From: an uncultured delta proteobacterium
GTDB taxonomy: Bacteria; Myxococcota_A; Polyangia; Polyangiales; Polyangiaceae
DNA: 64,000 nt
Direction of reading: 5' to 3'
Assembly: GCA_963716725.1 (NCBI GenBank)
Contig: CAVQUB010000034.1
Span: forward strand, 64,001 to 128,000
Shown: positions 19,580 to 28,741 of the stretch, in pieces
Position numbering within the stretch: position 1 is the first letter of the stretch
How the letters are laid out: every line of letters starts with the position of its first letter
Made by a program: the position numbers and the translations under genes
Notes under the pieces: generated by a model
What the model saw: only the letters and a program-made list of their open reading frames with translations
Told to the model about the DNA's origin: nothing
The model's database searches: none

Positions 19580-19999
19580 ATGCGGGCGCGCGCTATGGCG
19601 TTTGGGCTGGGGTTGGCTGTCTTGGGCTGCGGTGATCCGGAGGCTCGCAAGGTCACCGACCGCTTTCTGGAGGCGCTGAAGCGCTCCGACTACCCGGCGG
19701 CGTACGCCGAGCTGCACAGTGAAGCCCGCACCCTCGTGCCGAACGACCAGGTGCTGAAGACCATGGTCGAGAAGAAGGGGAGCGTGATCACTGGCTGGAG
19801 CCGGAACTGCAGCTCCAGTGGCAAGGGAGTCGATCGCGGCGGCTACAACTTCTCCGCGAACGACCGGAGCATGTTTCAGGAGCGCGAGCGGGTCACGGTG
19901 GGCGTGGAGCCGAAGATCGTCGGCAAGTGCACCGGTCCCCTCTTGATCGAGCTGCACCAAGAAGGCGGCGCCTGGAAGATTCGCTCGTTTCGCTACTGA
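19580..19999 (+). CDS. Hypothetical lipoprotein (NTF2/DUF4878-like pattern)
   Basis: Lipobox VLGC; FLEALKRSDYPAAYAEL..EGGAWKI. Confidence 0.65.
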   Translation: MRARAMAFGLGLAVLGCGDPEARKVTDRFLEALKRSDYPAAYAELHSEARTLVPNDQVLKTMVEKKGSVITGWSRNCSSSGKGVDRGGYNFSANDRSMFQERERVTVGVEPKIVGKCTGPLLIELHQEGGAWKIRSFRY

Positions 20000-20032
20000 G
20001 TCCGTCGTCACCACAAGCCGAAGCAGGTGCAC

Positions 20033-20659
20033 ATGTCCATCATTCTTCATCACCACCCCTTCTCCCGCGCGGCGACCGTCGTCTGGATGCTCGAAGAGGT
20101 CGGCGTCCCGTACGAACTGAGCCACGTCGACATCCTCAAAGGCGAGCAGAAGACGCCGAAGGTCGTCGCGCTGAACCCGATGGGCAAGCTGCCCACGCTC
20201 ACCGACGACGGCGTCGTGGTCACCGAAGCTGCCGCCATCGGGCTGTATCTGGCCGACCGGTACGCCTACGGGCGCCTCGCACCCAAGGTCGATGACCCGG
20301 CGCGGGGCACCTATCTGCGCTGGTCGCTGTTCGCGCCCTCGGTCGTGGAACCGGGCGCGATGGCGAAACTATCGGGGTGGGCTTTCAAAGAGGGTCAAGC
20401 CGGCTGGGGCTCGTACGATTCGATGCTGACCGCCATGGAGAGCGCCATCTCCGGGGGTCCCTTCATCCTGGGCGACACGTTCTCGATGGCGGACGTGATC
20501 TTCGGCGGGACGCTCCGTTACATGCTCGAATTCAAGATGGTCGAGCCACGACCGTCCTTCAGCACCTACGCGGAGCGCCTGGGCGCGCGACCCGCGCTCG
20601 CGCGTGCGGAAGCGAAGAACGCCGCCAGCCGGGCGCAGCACGGGCTCGAACGGGGGTAG
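20033..20659 (+). CDS. Glutathione S-transferase
   Basis: WMLEEVG, LNPMGKLPTL, TEAAAI, FSMADV. Confidence 0.93.
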   Translation: MSIILHHHPFSRAATVVWMLEEVGVPYELSHVDILKGEQKTPKVVALNPMGKLPTLTDDGVVVTEAAAIGLYLADRYAYGRLAPKVDDPARGTYLRWSLFAPSVVEPGAMAKLSGWAFKEGQAGWGSYDSMLTAMESAISGGPFILGDTFSMADVIFGGTLRYMLEFKMVEPRPSFSTYAERLGARPALARAEAKNAASRAQHGLERG

Positions 20660-20726
20660 CCGAGCGGAGCCGAGCCGGCAGTTGCGTGATGGGCTTGCTG
20701 CAAGGCTTTCGCCAAGGGGGCAGGCA

Positions 20727-20990
20727 TTGATCATCGCAGGCACTCGAAGCACCTGGCGTCGCCCACGTCGCGACGCAGTTCTTCCATATCTGGTTCTTCC
20801 CGCTGCTCCCAGTTCGCACCCTGGTGGTGGACGAGAGTGGCGGCGGGGACCGCGGCATTCCGACCGCGCTGTCGTGGAAGAGCGTGTTCGTGGGCTACTT
20901 CCGGGGCTGGGCGCTGAGGGGCGGGATCTGTCTCATGTTGCTTGCTGGCTACTGTGCCTACGAAGTCTTCGACCAAGGCGTGTTCGCGCA
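20727..20990 (+). pseudogene. Frameshifted, truncated membrane-protein gene remnant
   Basis: TTG-IIAGTR, then after a frame break (E)APGVAHVATQFFHIWFFPLLPVR..LSWKSVFVGYFRGW; the sequence then turns unrelated. Confidence 0.5.
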
Positions 20991-21089
20991 GCGCGAGGTG
21001 AGCGCGTCGTACAACGCGAACGGCGTGCGCGTCGCGCGTTACGAGGACGACGGCCCGCGCCTCGAGGCCCGTAGGTCCTACAAGCACCC

Positions 21090-21629
21090 CGTCGATGTTG
21101 GCGACCGGCGAGGCGGCGAGGCGGTAGGGCACCGAGAGGCGACGCGCTTCGTGGTCCCCGAAGGGGGACACAGGGCCTTGGTGCGCGACAGCTCCGCTTG
21201 TCCGCGCAGCCGGATGGGGTCTCGTCTCTACGGTGAAGCGCGGGACCTGCGGGGAGCGTACCCGCGACGGAAGCGGCGGCGAGCACGGCGAGCGCGGGCT
21301 CGCTGTCCGCGAGCTTGGCGTCTCGGATGACGGCGTCGTCCTCGAGCACCCCCTTGCGACGCAGCATCGCAACGATGCGGGCCTTTCTGTTCGCGACAGG
21401 CGGGACACGCGAGCACCGCGAAGCCCCGCGCCAGCACGCCGCAGTCGACGAAGCCCTCGAGCTCGTCCTTCACGAATGCGGGCAGAGGCGATGCGAAGCC
21501 CTCCTCCGCCGCGGCGTAGAGCGTGCGCAGGTTGTCCCACTTCTGGGACTTCCAAGGGTCGTCGCGAACGACCTGATGAAGCGCGGTCGCCTCGGGCCGG
21601 CGGCGTGCGTACGCAGGCGTGCCAGACAC
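21090..21629 (-). mobile_element. Degraded IS91-family (rolling-circle) transposase remnant
   Basis: YARRRPEATALHQVVR..LPAFVKDELEGFVDCGVLARGFAVLACPAC (Zn-binding N-terminus); later fragments LRRKGVL..ALAVLAAASVAG in other frames. Confidence 0.75.
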
Positions 21630-21929
21630 CCGCCACGCATCCGCAACCGGCGTGCCTGCGAGTGGCCCGCGCGATCACGGCGATTTCGCTGCGCGCTGGG
21701 GTGGCGAAGGGCGCTTTCGCCGGTGGCGATCGCCACCTCGCCACCTTGGCCAGCAAGCCAGCTCACCCAGCGAGCCCGACAGCTCGGGCCAGCACGTCGG
21801 AAACCTTCGCGGGCGGAATGCCCGAGGCCTCGCGGCTCGGGATTGGCGCCGGCATCTCCACCTTGTGCTTGCTGGCTCAGAAGCGTCCGGACGAGCTCGC
21901 GGGAGACGTAATCCGCGGGCTCCACGAGC

Positions 21930-22160
21930 GCGTTGCATCCGGTCCGGGCGGGTCAGCCGGAGCCGCTTCGTTTGGCGCTGGAGCACTGCGAGCTGCTGGC
22001 GCAACGCGACGATCTCGAGCGCGACGGATTGGCGAGATCGGAAGAACGACATGGTCAAGTGGAGCAGCGCAATCGGGACGGCACGCATGGGGTGCCGAGT
22101 CTCAACGTTTGGAGCGAAAGCTCGAGGATCACGCGCGCGACCGGGTTTTCACCAGGCACA
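21930..22160 (-). mobile_element. 5' fragment of an integrase-core (IS481/IS3-like) element with terminal sequence
   Basis: From ATG 22088: FFRSRQSVALEIVALRQQLAVLQRQTKRLRLTRPDR; element end TGTGCCTGGTGAAAACCC at 22160. Confidence 0.7.
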
Positions 22161-22322
22161 CCACCACAAGGCGTCGCTTGCGCTTGGTTCAGGTCAGGAC
22201 ACGGTCGGGTGGCGTCGCGCCCGCCCACTCGAGCCGCAAACCCGCGCGCGCATTTGCCGGCAGCGCAGTCCGCCGCGCACTGCCAGCCCGCGATGCACTC
22301 GTTGCAGTAGTGGCAGGACTCG

Positions 22323-22430
22323 AAGTTCCCGCTTCCGGAAGTCGAGCTTCGTCACCCGTGGCCCGAGGTGCGCTTTGCGACCCGTTGACCCAAGGCGGGA
22401 GCCCGATGCGGGAAATCCGCTCGCCGGTGC
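22323..22430 (+). mobile_element. Group II intron 3' remnant (IEP C-terminus plus partial domain V)
   Basis: FPLPEVELRHPWPEVRFATR* (stop 22386-88) followed by CCCAAGGCGGGAGCCCGATGCGGGAAATCCGCTCG. Confidence 0.7.
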
Positions 22431-22590
22431 GATCGGCCCACGCGGGCGGGTGAGGTCGAGGTGCAACGAGGCGTGTTCGTGAATTTCGCGTTGCTGAGTC
22501 GAAGATCGCGTGATCACGGCCGGTAGCGGACGATCCGGGCTGCGCGACTAGCCGAACCAAAACGGTTGGGCGAAGCTGGCGGGGCTGAAA

Positions 22591-23280
22591 ATGAAGATCC
22601 CATGCGGCCTGGCGCTCGCCGTGTTCTTCGCGAGCGCGTGCCAAAAGACCACGGGGCCCGAACCCTCGAGCGACCCCACGCGCTCTCCCGCAGAGGTCGC
22701 TCCCGTCGTCACGCCATCAGAGCACACGACGACCCGAGACGCCGCGGCGCCGCCTGACGCGACGTTACCGCCTGAAGCGCCCGACGCGGAGCCGAATGCG
22801 TCTCTGGATCTGGCCCGCGACGCCGCGACGCCCGTTGCAACCCTCGACGCCGCCGCATCCGCGCCAACGTGCATCAAGGTCGCGCGTCCGCCTACGCTGG
22901 ACGTCCGTCTGCGCTTTTCAAACCGCCGCGTACGCTCTGATCCGAGCCTGCCGGAAGTCGACGTCCTGGTCGCAAAGATCACCGCCTCGGGCAGCTTGCT
23001 GAAGCACGAAATCTGGGCAAACGCAGCGCCGACCGCCTGTCATGCCACCGCGGACGCCGACGACATGAGCGTGCGCTGCGTCTCCGCCGATTCGCGACTC
23101 GAGGCGCGCGTGCACGTGGTCGGCAACGAACTCGTGGTTGATTCCGTTACCCTCGCCGGATACGGGTTCACAGCGAACGACGCGGCACCCAAAGCGCCTT
23201 CACCGACTCGGCAGGCCAGCGTCAAGGTTCCGTGCGGCACGCGCTTGCGGGTCCACCCGGCTAGCCGCGGGACCAACTGA
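22591..23280 (+). CDS. Hypothetical lipoprotein
   Basis: Lipobox ASAC; Pro/Ala/Thr-rich linker; Cys-containing C-terminal domain. Confidence 0.65.
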   Translation: MKIPCGLALAVFFASACQKTTGPEPSSDPTRSPAEVAPVVTPSEHTTTRDAAAPPDATLPPEAPDAEPNASLDLARDAATPVATLDAAASAPTCIKVARPPTLDVRLRFSNRRVRSDPSLPEVDVLVAKITASGSLLKHEIWANAAPTACHATADADDMSVRCVSADSRLEARVHVVGNELVVDSVTLAGYGFTANDAAPKAPSPTRQASVKVPCGTRLRVHPASRGTN

Positions 23281-23395
23281 CAGTGAGCTCGGACCCAGAC
23301 TGACGGAACTGGCCCAAGCACCCTCGACTCACATCGCGTCGTCACCCCAGATCTGCAATAGAGGTCGGTTTCCCGTTGTGGCAGGATGCCCTCAC

Positions 23396-24433
23396 ATGGC
23401 TCGTCTTTTCTTGGGTGTGCTGGTGGGAGTGCTGCTGTCAGCGTGCGGTTCGAGCTCCTCGAATGATGGTGGTTCCGGTGGCGGCGGATCCGGTGGCGGT
23501 TCGGGATCCGGTGGCGGTTCGGGATCCGGTGGCGGCGGATCAGGATCCGGCCATGTCGTCTACACGTTCGGGGCTTCCGTCTTCCGCATGGACGCGGCGG
23601 CGGGCGCAACGCCTGTCAACGTGTCGGAGGCCGGCGCGGGTGTAGCCCACAAGAGCGAGCGACGGCTCAACACCAGCCGCAACGGTCAGTTCCTCATCTT
23701 CGAAACGCAGAACGTCGACCCTGCGTGTGACGGCGACGAGTGCCTAGCTGTCGCTCCCGCTTCCGCACCCGCGCAGGCTACGTTGGTGAAGCAAGCCGAC
23801 GCGCCGCTCAAGAACATCGGTGGTCGTGCCGCCATCACCGACGACGGCAACACGGTCGCGTGGGTCGCCAACACCGGCAACCACTCGCTCGACGTCTTCG
23901 CGGCTACGCGCACCGGCACCAACTGGAGCGCAGCGGTCAACGTCACCAGCGCCTCGACCTTCGACTGGAACGACGTCCCCGCGTTCAGCGCCGACGGCAC
24001 CCGGCTGCTCTTCGACTGCGGGCCCGAGGCCTACGCAGGGGCCGGCAATTCCATCTGTGAGGTCTCGACTGGGGGCGGCGCAGTGAAAGTGCTCGTTGCT
24101 CCGAGCGATGCTCCGACCAGCGTCTCATCCAAGGGGCCTTGCCATCACGGCTCCTACGCTGCCGATGGATCCATCGTCTTCGAAGCCGATTGGGACGGCG
24201 AGCGCGTGTGGCGTCGCGTTGGCACCGCAGCGCCGACCCAGGTCGCGGAGCCGGGCAACGACAACTCGCCCTGTGCACTGCCCGACGGTCGCGTCGCGAG
24301 CCTGTGGCTTGGCCGCAGCGGAAACCCCGAGGGATTTCACGAGCTCAAGCTGATGAACGCCGACGGGACGGATCCGGTGATGTTGGTCACCGGCGTCGAT
24401 CTCGACGACATCGGGCTCGGCTGCGGGGATTGA
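23396..24433 (+). CDS. Lipoprotein with TolB/WD40-like beta-propeller
   Basis: Lipobox LSAC; GS linker; PAFSADGTRLLF and YAADGSIVF repeats. Confidence 0.75.
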   Translation: MARLFLGVLVGVLLSACGSSSSNDGGSGGGGSGGGSGSGGGSGSGGGGSGSGHVVYTFGASVFRMDAAAGATPVNVSEAGAGVAHKSERRLNTSRNGQFLIFETQNVDPACDGDECLAVAPASAPAQATLVKQADAPLKNIGGRAAITDDGNTVAWVANTGNHSLDVFAATRTGTNWSAAVNVTSASTFDWNDVPAFSADGTRLLFDCGPEAYAGAGNSICEVSTGGGAVKVLVAPSDAPTSVSSKGPCHHGSYAADGSIVFEADWDGERVWRRVGTAAPTQVAEPGNDNSPCALPDGRVASLWLGRSGNPEGFHELKLMNADGTDPVMLVTGVDLDDIGLGCGD

Positions 24434-24480
24434 TCGGACGTTGTGCCTTCGCGAGAGTCCCCAGCCCTGCTGCCTCCCCC

Positions 24481-24870
24481 TCAGCGCTCCACGCGCGTGC
24501 AATGTGGGCGCTTCGACACTTTGGTCTGGTCGCGCGGATCCGTCTCATAGGCGACGCAGCCACCAGCCTCGCAGCGGGCGGGCGCGGTCACTTGGTTCGC
24601 GCACCCGTCCTTGCACTCCTCGAAGTCGGGCCGCTTCTCTGCTCCCGCGTACCACTTGGCGTTGACCGCCCCCCAACGACACGAGTTCGTGCAATCGGCG
24701 TCGGTCGTGCAATCGAAGCGTCGAGGATCACGCCACGTGCTTCCCGTTGTGCTCGCGCGCGGGACCGTCGCAGCGGCCGACGGCGGTGGCGCGGCAGGCT
24801 CCGGCGCCTTGTCCCGGCAACTCGAGGCGATCGCCGAGGTCAACGCAATCGCAACAGTCAGCCGCTTCAT
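24481..24870 (-). CDS. Small Cys-rich lipoprotein
   Basis: MKRLTVAIALTSAIASSC; SD GAGG; CTTDADCTNSC. Confidence 0.7.
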   Translation of the reverse strand: MKRLTVAIALTSAIASSCRDKAPEPAAPPPSAAATVPRASTTGSTWRDPRRFDCTTDADCTNSCRWGAVNAKWYAGAEKRPDFEECKDGCANQVTAPARCEAGGCVAYETDPRDQTKVSKRPHCTRVER

Positions 24871-24958
24871 CGCCTCACTCGCTGATACCAGATAGCACCA
24901 CAGATGCCACGCGCCGGAGCGGCACGGTAGACGCGCGCCACACTTTGATCGGCAAAGC

Positions 24959-25021
24959 GTGGCGTCCGCGCCACACTCGAATGCCGGTTTACGCGTGGGA
25001 CTGCGCGGCACGCTCCTTGCG
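24959..25021 (+). promoter_or_regulatory. Sigma54-type promoter with upstream palindrome
   Basis: CGGCACGCTCCTTGC (25006-25020) has canonical -24/-12 spacing; palindrome GTGGCG-TCCG-CGCCAC at 24959-24974. Confidence 0.7.
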
Positions 25022-25032
25022 AACGCGCGGAC

Positions 25033-26943
25033 ATGCGCATCTGCTCGAGAGCTGGTCTGTTTGCGATTGTCGCCATGCCTTTGGCATGTGGCGGCAGTGA
25101 TAGCTCCGGTGGCGGCGGCGCAGCAGGCGGCGCTGGGATCGACGGGGGCCTCGGCGGCGGCGGCGGCTCGGGCGGACTCTCGGGCACGGGCGCGAGCGGC
25201 GGCGCAGCGGCGACGGGCGGGACCAGCGGCAGCGGCGCGACGGCGGGCAGCGGTGGAAACGCAGGAGCGTCGGGCGGCGGAGGCGCATCGGGCAGCGGCG
25301 GCACTTCGGGCGGCGGCGGCACTTCGGGCGGCGGTGGCATGGCCGGCAGCGGCGGCGGCACTTCGGGCGGCGGCGGCACTTCGGGCGGCGGCGGCACTTC
25401 GGGCGGCGGCGGCACTTCCGGCGGCGGTGGCATGGCCGGCAGCGGCGGAGGTACCGGATGCAGCGGAGGGTGCATCACTCCGCCCACGCAGTGCCATGCC
25501 AAGACCGGTACTTGCGCCGCGGGCGCCTGCAGCTACCAGTTCATCGAAGGCGCAATCTGCAACGATGGCAACGATTGCACGCAGGGTGATGTATGCGGCG
25601 GGGGCGTGTGCTTGGGCACAGCGAAGTTGTGCAACCAGCCGCCGCCCGCGGTCTGTACCGGACCAAGCACGCTGAAGGTGTTCGAGGCGGGCAGCTGTCA
25701 GTCCGGCCTCTGTGTGTATACGCAGAAGGCGGTGCAGTGCAGCGGCAACTGCGTGAACGGCGCCTGCGCAACGGATCCCTGTACCAGCGTGGTCTGCAAC
25801 TCGCCGCCCACGTCCTGTCACAAAGGCGTCGGCACATGCTCGGCGGGGGCGTGCAGCTACGCCTTCGACGACGGCAAGAGCTGCACCGATGGCAACGCCT
25901 GCTCCGACAATGACACCTGCAACGCGGGCGTCTGCCAGGGAGCGCCCAAGGCCTGCAACACACCGCCGCCGAATAGCTGTAGCGACGCGTCCACCGCAAA
26001 GATCTACGATTCGATCGGTGTCTGCGCCTCGGGCGGCTGTAGCTACCCGGTGAGCTTCGTGAGCTGTGCCAATGGATGCGCGTCTGGGAAATGCACCTCT
26101 CTTGGCTGGGTCAAGATGACTTCCAATACGACCTACGACCTGCTCAGCGTTTGGGGCTCCAGCGCCAACTCGGTCTGGGCCGTGGGCAGTCAGGCTGCGG
26201 TGTACTACGACGGCATCAAGTGGCAGGTGCGGACTCCCGCGGCGGCAACCCTGGTCGACGTGCACGGGACCACTCCCAGCAATGTATTCGCTGTCGAATT
26301 CGATGGGCAGGTGCACAAATTCGACGGTACGAACTGGTCGCCGAAGGTGAAAGTTCCCGGACTGACGGGCGGCTGCATCTTCGTCGATGGTCCGGACAGC
26401 TATTGGGTTGGCGGCCGAGACAACATCTCCGGCAACAACATCGTGTCCGCTTTGTATCGAGTCATCGGCAGCCAGGTCACTTTGGCGGGCGGCACGTTGA
26501 CGTACATGGCTTCCAACTCCAACCGTTGCCAAGTCTGGGCCGCCTCTCCAACCGACGTGTGGCTCTCGACTGGCAAGACACTGCGCTACGACGGCAGCAC
26601 CGTCAGCGAGGTCGGAGCGGCGTCGATCGGTCTGTGGGGAATCGCGCCCAACCCCGTGTTCATGGCGTACAACTCCATGGAGCGCTGGAACGGCACCGGC
26701 CTGCAGGCGTTCCCGCTTGGTCTGAGCGGCATGATCCACGGCTTGCACGGCACTGCCGCGAATCGAGTCTTCGCAGCGCTGGAGAAGAGCAACGGCGATG
26801 GCGCGGTGCTGTTCTTCGACTCCATCGGCTGGACCCAAGAGCCGATCCCCGCCGGCACCGGCAACCTGTTCGATACCTACGCTGCACCCACCGGCGAAGT
26901 CTTCGCGGTGGGCAAAGCCGGCACGATCCTCAAGGGGCCGTGA
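25033..26943 (+). CDS. Gly-rich, Cys-rich lipoprotein with C-terminal beta-propeller
   Basis: Lipobox PLAC; GGTSGG repeats; CNDGNDCT/CTDGNACS repeats; VWGSSANSVWAVG-type blades. Confidence 0.82.
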   Translation: MRICSRAGLFAIVAMPLACGGSDSSGGGGAAGGAGIDGGLGGGGGSGGLSGTGASGGAAATGGTSGSGATAGSGGNAGASGGGGASGSGGTSGGGGTSGGGGMAGSGGGTSGGGGTSGGGGTSGGGGTSGGGGMAGSGGGTGCSGGCITPPTQCHAKTGTCAAGACSYQFIEGAICNDGNDCTQGDVCGGGVCLGTAKLCNQPPPAVCTGPSTLKVFEAGSCQSGLCVYTQKAVQCSGNCVNGACATDPCTSVVCNSPPTSCHKGVGTCSAGACSYAFDDGKSCTDGNACSDNDTCNAGVCQGAPKACNTPPPNSCSDASTAKIYDSIGVCASGGCSYPVSFVSCANGCASGKCTSLGWVKMTSNTTYDLLSVWGSSANSVWAVGSQAAVYYDGIKWQVRTPAAATLVDVHGTTPSNVFAVEFDGQVHKFDGTNWSPKVKVPGLTGGCIFVDGPDSYWVGGRDNISGNNIVSALYRVIGSQVTLAGGTLTYMASNSNRCQVWAASPTDVWLSTGKTLRYDGSTVSEVGAASIGLWGIAPNPVFMAYNSMERWNGTGLQAFPLGLSGMIHGLHGTAANRVFAALEKSNGDGAVLFFDSIGWTQEPIPAGTGNLFDTYAAPTGEVFAVGKAGTILKGP

Positions 26944-27060
26944 GCGGCGCGTCATGCTGCCGTCGACGCCGGCGTGTCAGTTGTCCACCGTCGCAGCTTG
27001 GTTTGGCGACAGTTTCCAACAGGTGAGCGGGGCGCGCTCGCCGCAGGCTTGGACGCACCT

Positions 27061-27124
27061 GCGGCGTCCGCGCCACAGGCGCGTGGCGCGTTTCTCCGAG
27101 AATTGTGCCGGCACGGCAGTTGCT
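27061..27124 (+). promoter_or_regulatory. Sigma54-type promoter with upstream palindrome
   Basis: CGGCACGGCAGTTGCT (27109-27124); GCGGCG-TCCG-CGCCAC at 27061-27076. Confidence 0.7.
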
Positions 27125-27137
27125 CTGCAACGCCGGG

Positions 27138-28619
27138 GTGAGAGATCTGCGACGAGGCGCGGTCGTGTTTGCGCTGGGCTTGGCGGCGTGTAGCTCCGGC
27201 GCGGGCAATGGCGGGGGCGTGGCGACCGGGGGCGGCGGCGGCTTCGGGAATTTCGGTGGGACCGGCGCTGCGGGCGCGGGCGCGGGCACGGGCACGGGCG
27301 GCAGTGGCGCCGTGGGCGCACAAGGCGGCAGCGCGGGGACTGGCGGCGGAACACCGATTTGCGCCCCGGGATTGCCTACGGCGTTTGCGGCAGCGCCCGC
27401 ATCGCTATCGTTGCCTGCCGCGCGCTGCGGCGTGAGCTTTGACGCCCTCGGCAAATCGACCGGCGCGCTGCACTACGCGCTGATGGATCTGGCGGCGGAT
27501 GGCGTTCCGGATCTGGTCGTGCACAAAGACGATTGCGATCCGGATTTGGGCCACGCGCGTTGGGACGTCTATGCGGGATCCGCTAGCGGCATCGCACAGT
27601 CGCCGGCGGCGTATTCGCTGCCAGCAGCGCGCTGCGGCGTCGCATTCGATCGACTGGCGCAGAGCTCCGGTGCGTTAGAATACGCTTTGCTGGACGCAAC
27701 CGGCGACGGCGTCGTGGACTTGGTCGTGCACCAAGACGACTGTGACGCCACGCTGGGCGGAACGCATTGGGACGTGTACGCCGGCAGCGCGTCGGGGTTT
27801 GCTCCCACTCCGGCGCCGCTTTCTCTGCCCGCAGCCCGCTGCGGCGTGGCCTGGGATGAGCTGGGCAGAGCGACCGGGGCGCTGGAGTACTCGCTCATGG
27901 ACTTGAGCGGTGACGGTTTCGCGGACTTGGTCGTGTATCAGGACGACTGCGACGCGGCCATCGGGCAGGCCCGCTGGGACGTGTATGCGGGAAGTGCCGG
28001 CGGGTTTTCGGCATCACCTACTGCTTACACATTGCCAGCAGCGCGCTGCGCGGTGAGCTGGGATAAGCCCGCTCGCAGCACCGGCGCGCTGAAGTACTCG
28101 CTGCTCGATCTGAGCGGCGATAAACGCAGCGACCTGGTCGTGTTGCGGGACGACTGCGACGCACCAGTGGGGCAGAGCCGCTGGGACGTGTATGCCGGAT
28201 CAGCGGCGGGGTTCGCGGCAGCGCCAAGCCCGCACACTTTGCCTGCCATGCGCTGCGCGGCGCCCTGGGACTCCGCGAGCCAGACCTACGGCGCCGTTCA
28301 CTATTCGCTACTCGACGCGAGCTGTGACGGCTACCCCGACTTGATCGTGACTCGGGACGACTGTGACTCCTTGGTCGGGCAGAGCCGCTGGGACGTGTAT
28401 CCGGGCTCGGCCACTGGTCTGGCACAAGCTCCCGCGAACATCACGCTGCCCGCGCCTCGCTGTGGCGCCTCCTTCGACGCGACGGTCAAGTCGAGCGGCG
28501 CGCTGCATTTCGGCGTGTTCGCGTGGTCAGCCACGGACCACCCCTCATTGCTCGTAACCCGCGACAGCTGCGACGCGACCGTGGGCGCCGCGCACTGGGA
28601 CTATTACGCAGCGCAGTGA
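27138..28619 (+). CDS. Lipoprotein with six 69-aa FG-GAP-like tandem repeats
   Basis: Lipobox LAAC; unit LPAARC..GALxYxLxDLxxDGxxDLVVxxDDCD..RWDVYAGS with a ~207-bp period. Confidence 0.82.
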   Translation: MRDLRRGAVVFALGLAACSSGAGNGGGVATGGGGGFGNFGGTGAAGAGAGTGTGGSGAVGAQGGSAGTGGGTPICAPGLPTAFAAAPASLSLPAARCGVSFDALGKSTGALHYALMDLAADGVPDLVVHKDDCDPDLGHARWDVYAGSASGIAQSPAAYSLPAARCGVAFDRLAQSSGALEYALLDATGDGVVDLVVHQDDCDATLGGTHWDVYAGSASGFAPTPAPLSLPAARCGVAWDELGRATGALEYSLMDLSGDGFADLVVYQDDCDAAIGQARWDVYAGSAGGFSASPTAYTLPAARCAVSWDKPARSTGALKYSLLDLSGDKRSDLVVLRDDCDAPVGQSRWDVYAGSAAGFAAAPSPHTLPAMRCAAPWDSASQTYGAVHYSLLDASCDGYPDLIVTRDDCDSLVGQSRWDVYPGSATGLAQAPANITLPAPRCGASFDATVKSSGALHFGVFAWSATDHPSLLVTRDSCDATVGAAHWDYYAAQ

Positions 28620-28741
28620 TCTTCTGAGTCGGGGCGCCGCGCGTCGGGAGGCAGCGGCGCTTTCTCGGTCCGCCGCGACCCGGAGTGCAGAGCAGATTGT
28701 TCAGAAACCGCTGGAAACGAAGCTTACCAAGAGAGCCCAAT

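Noticed and set aside
25160..25450. Regular short repeats (also 28890-28980, 30890-31130, 46462-46562) as possible CRISPR arrays
   Set aside because: No unique spacers; they are in-frame Gly-rich linkers; no cas genes in the window.
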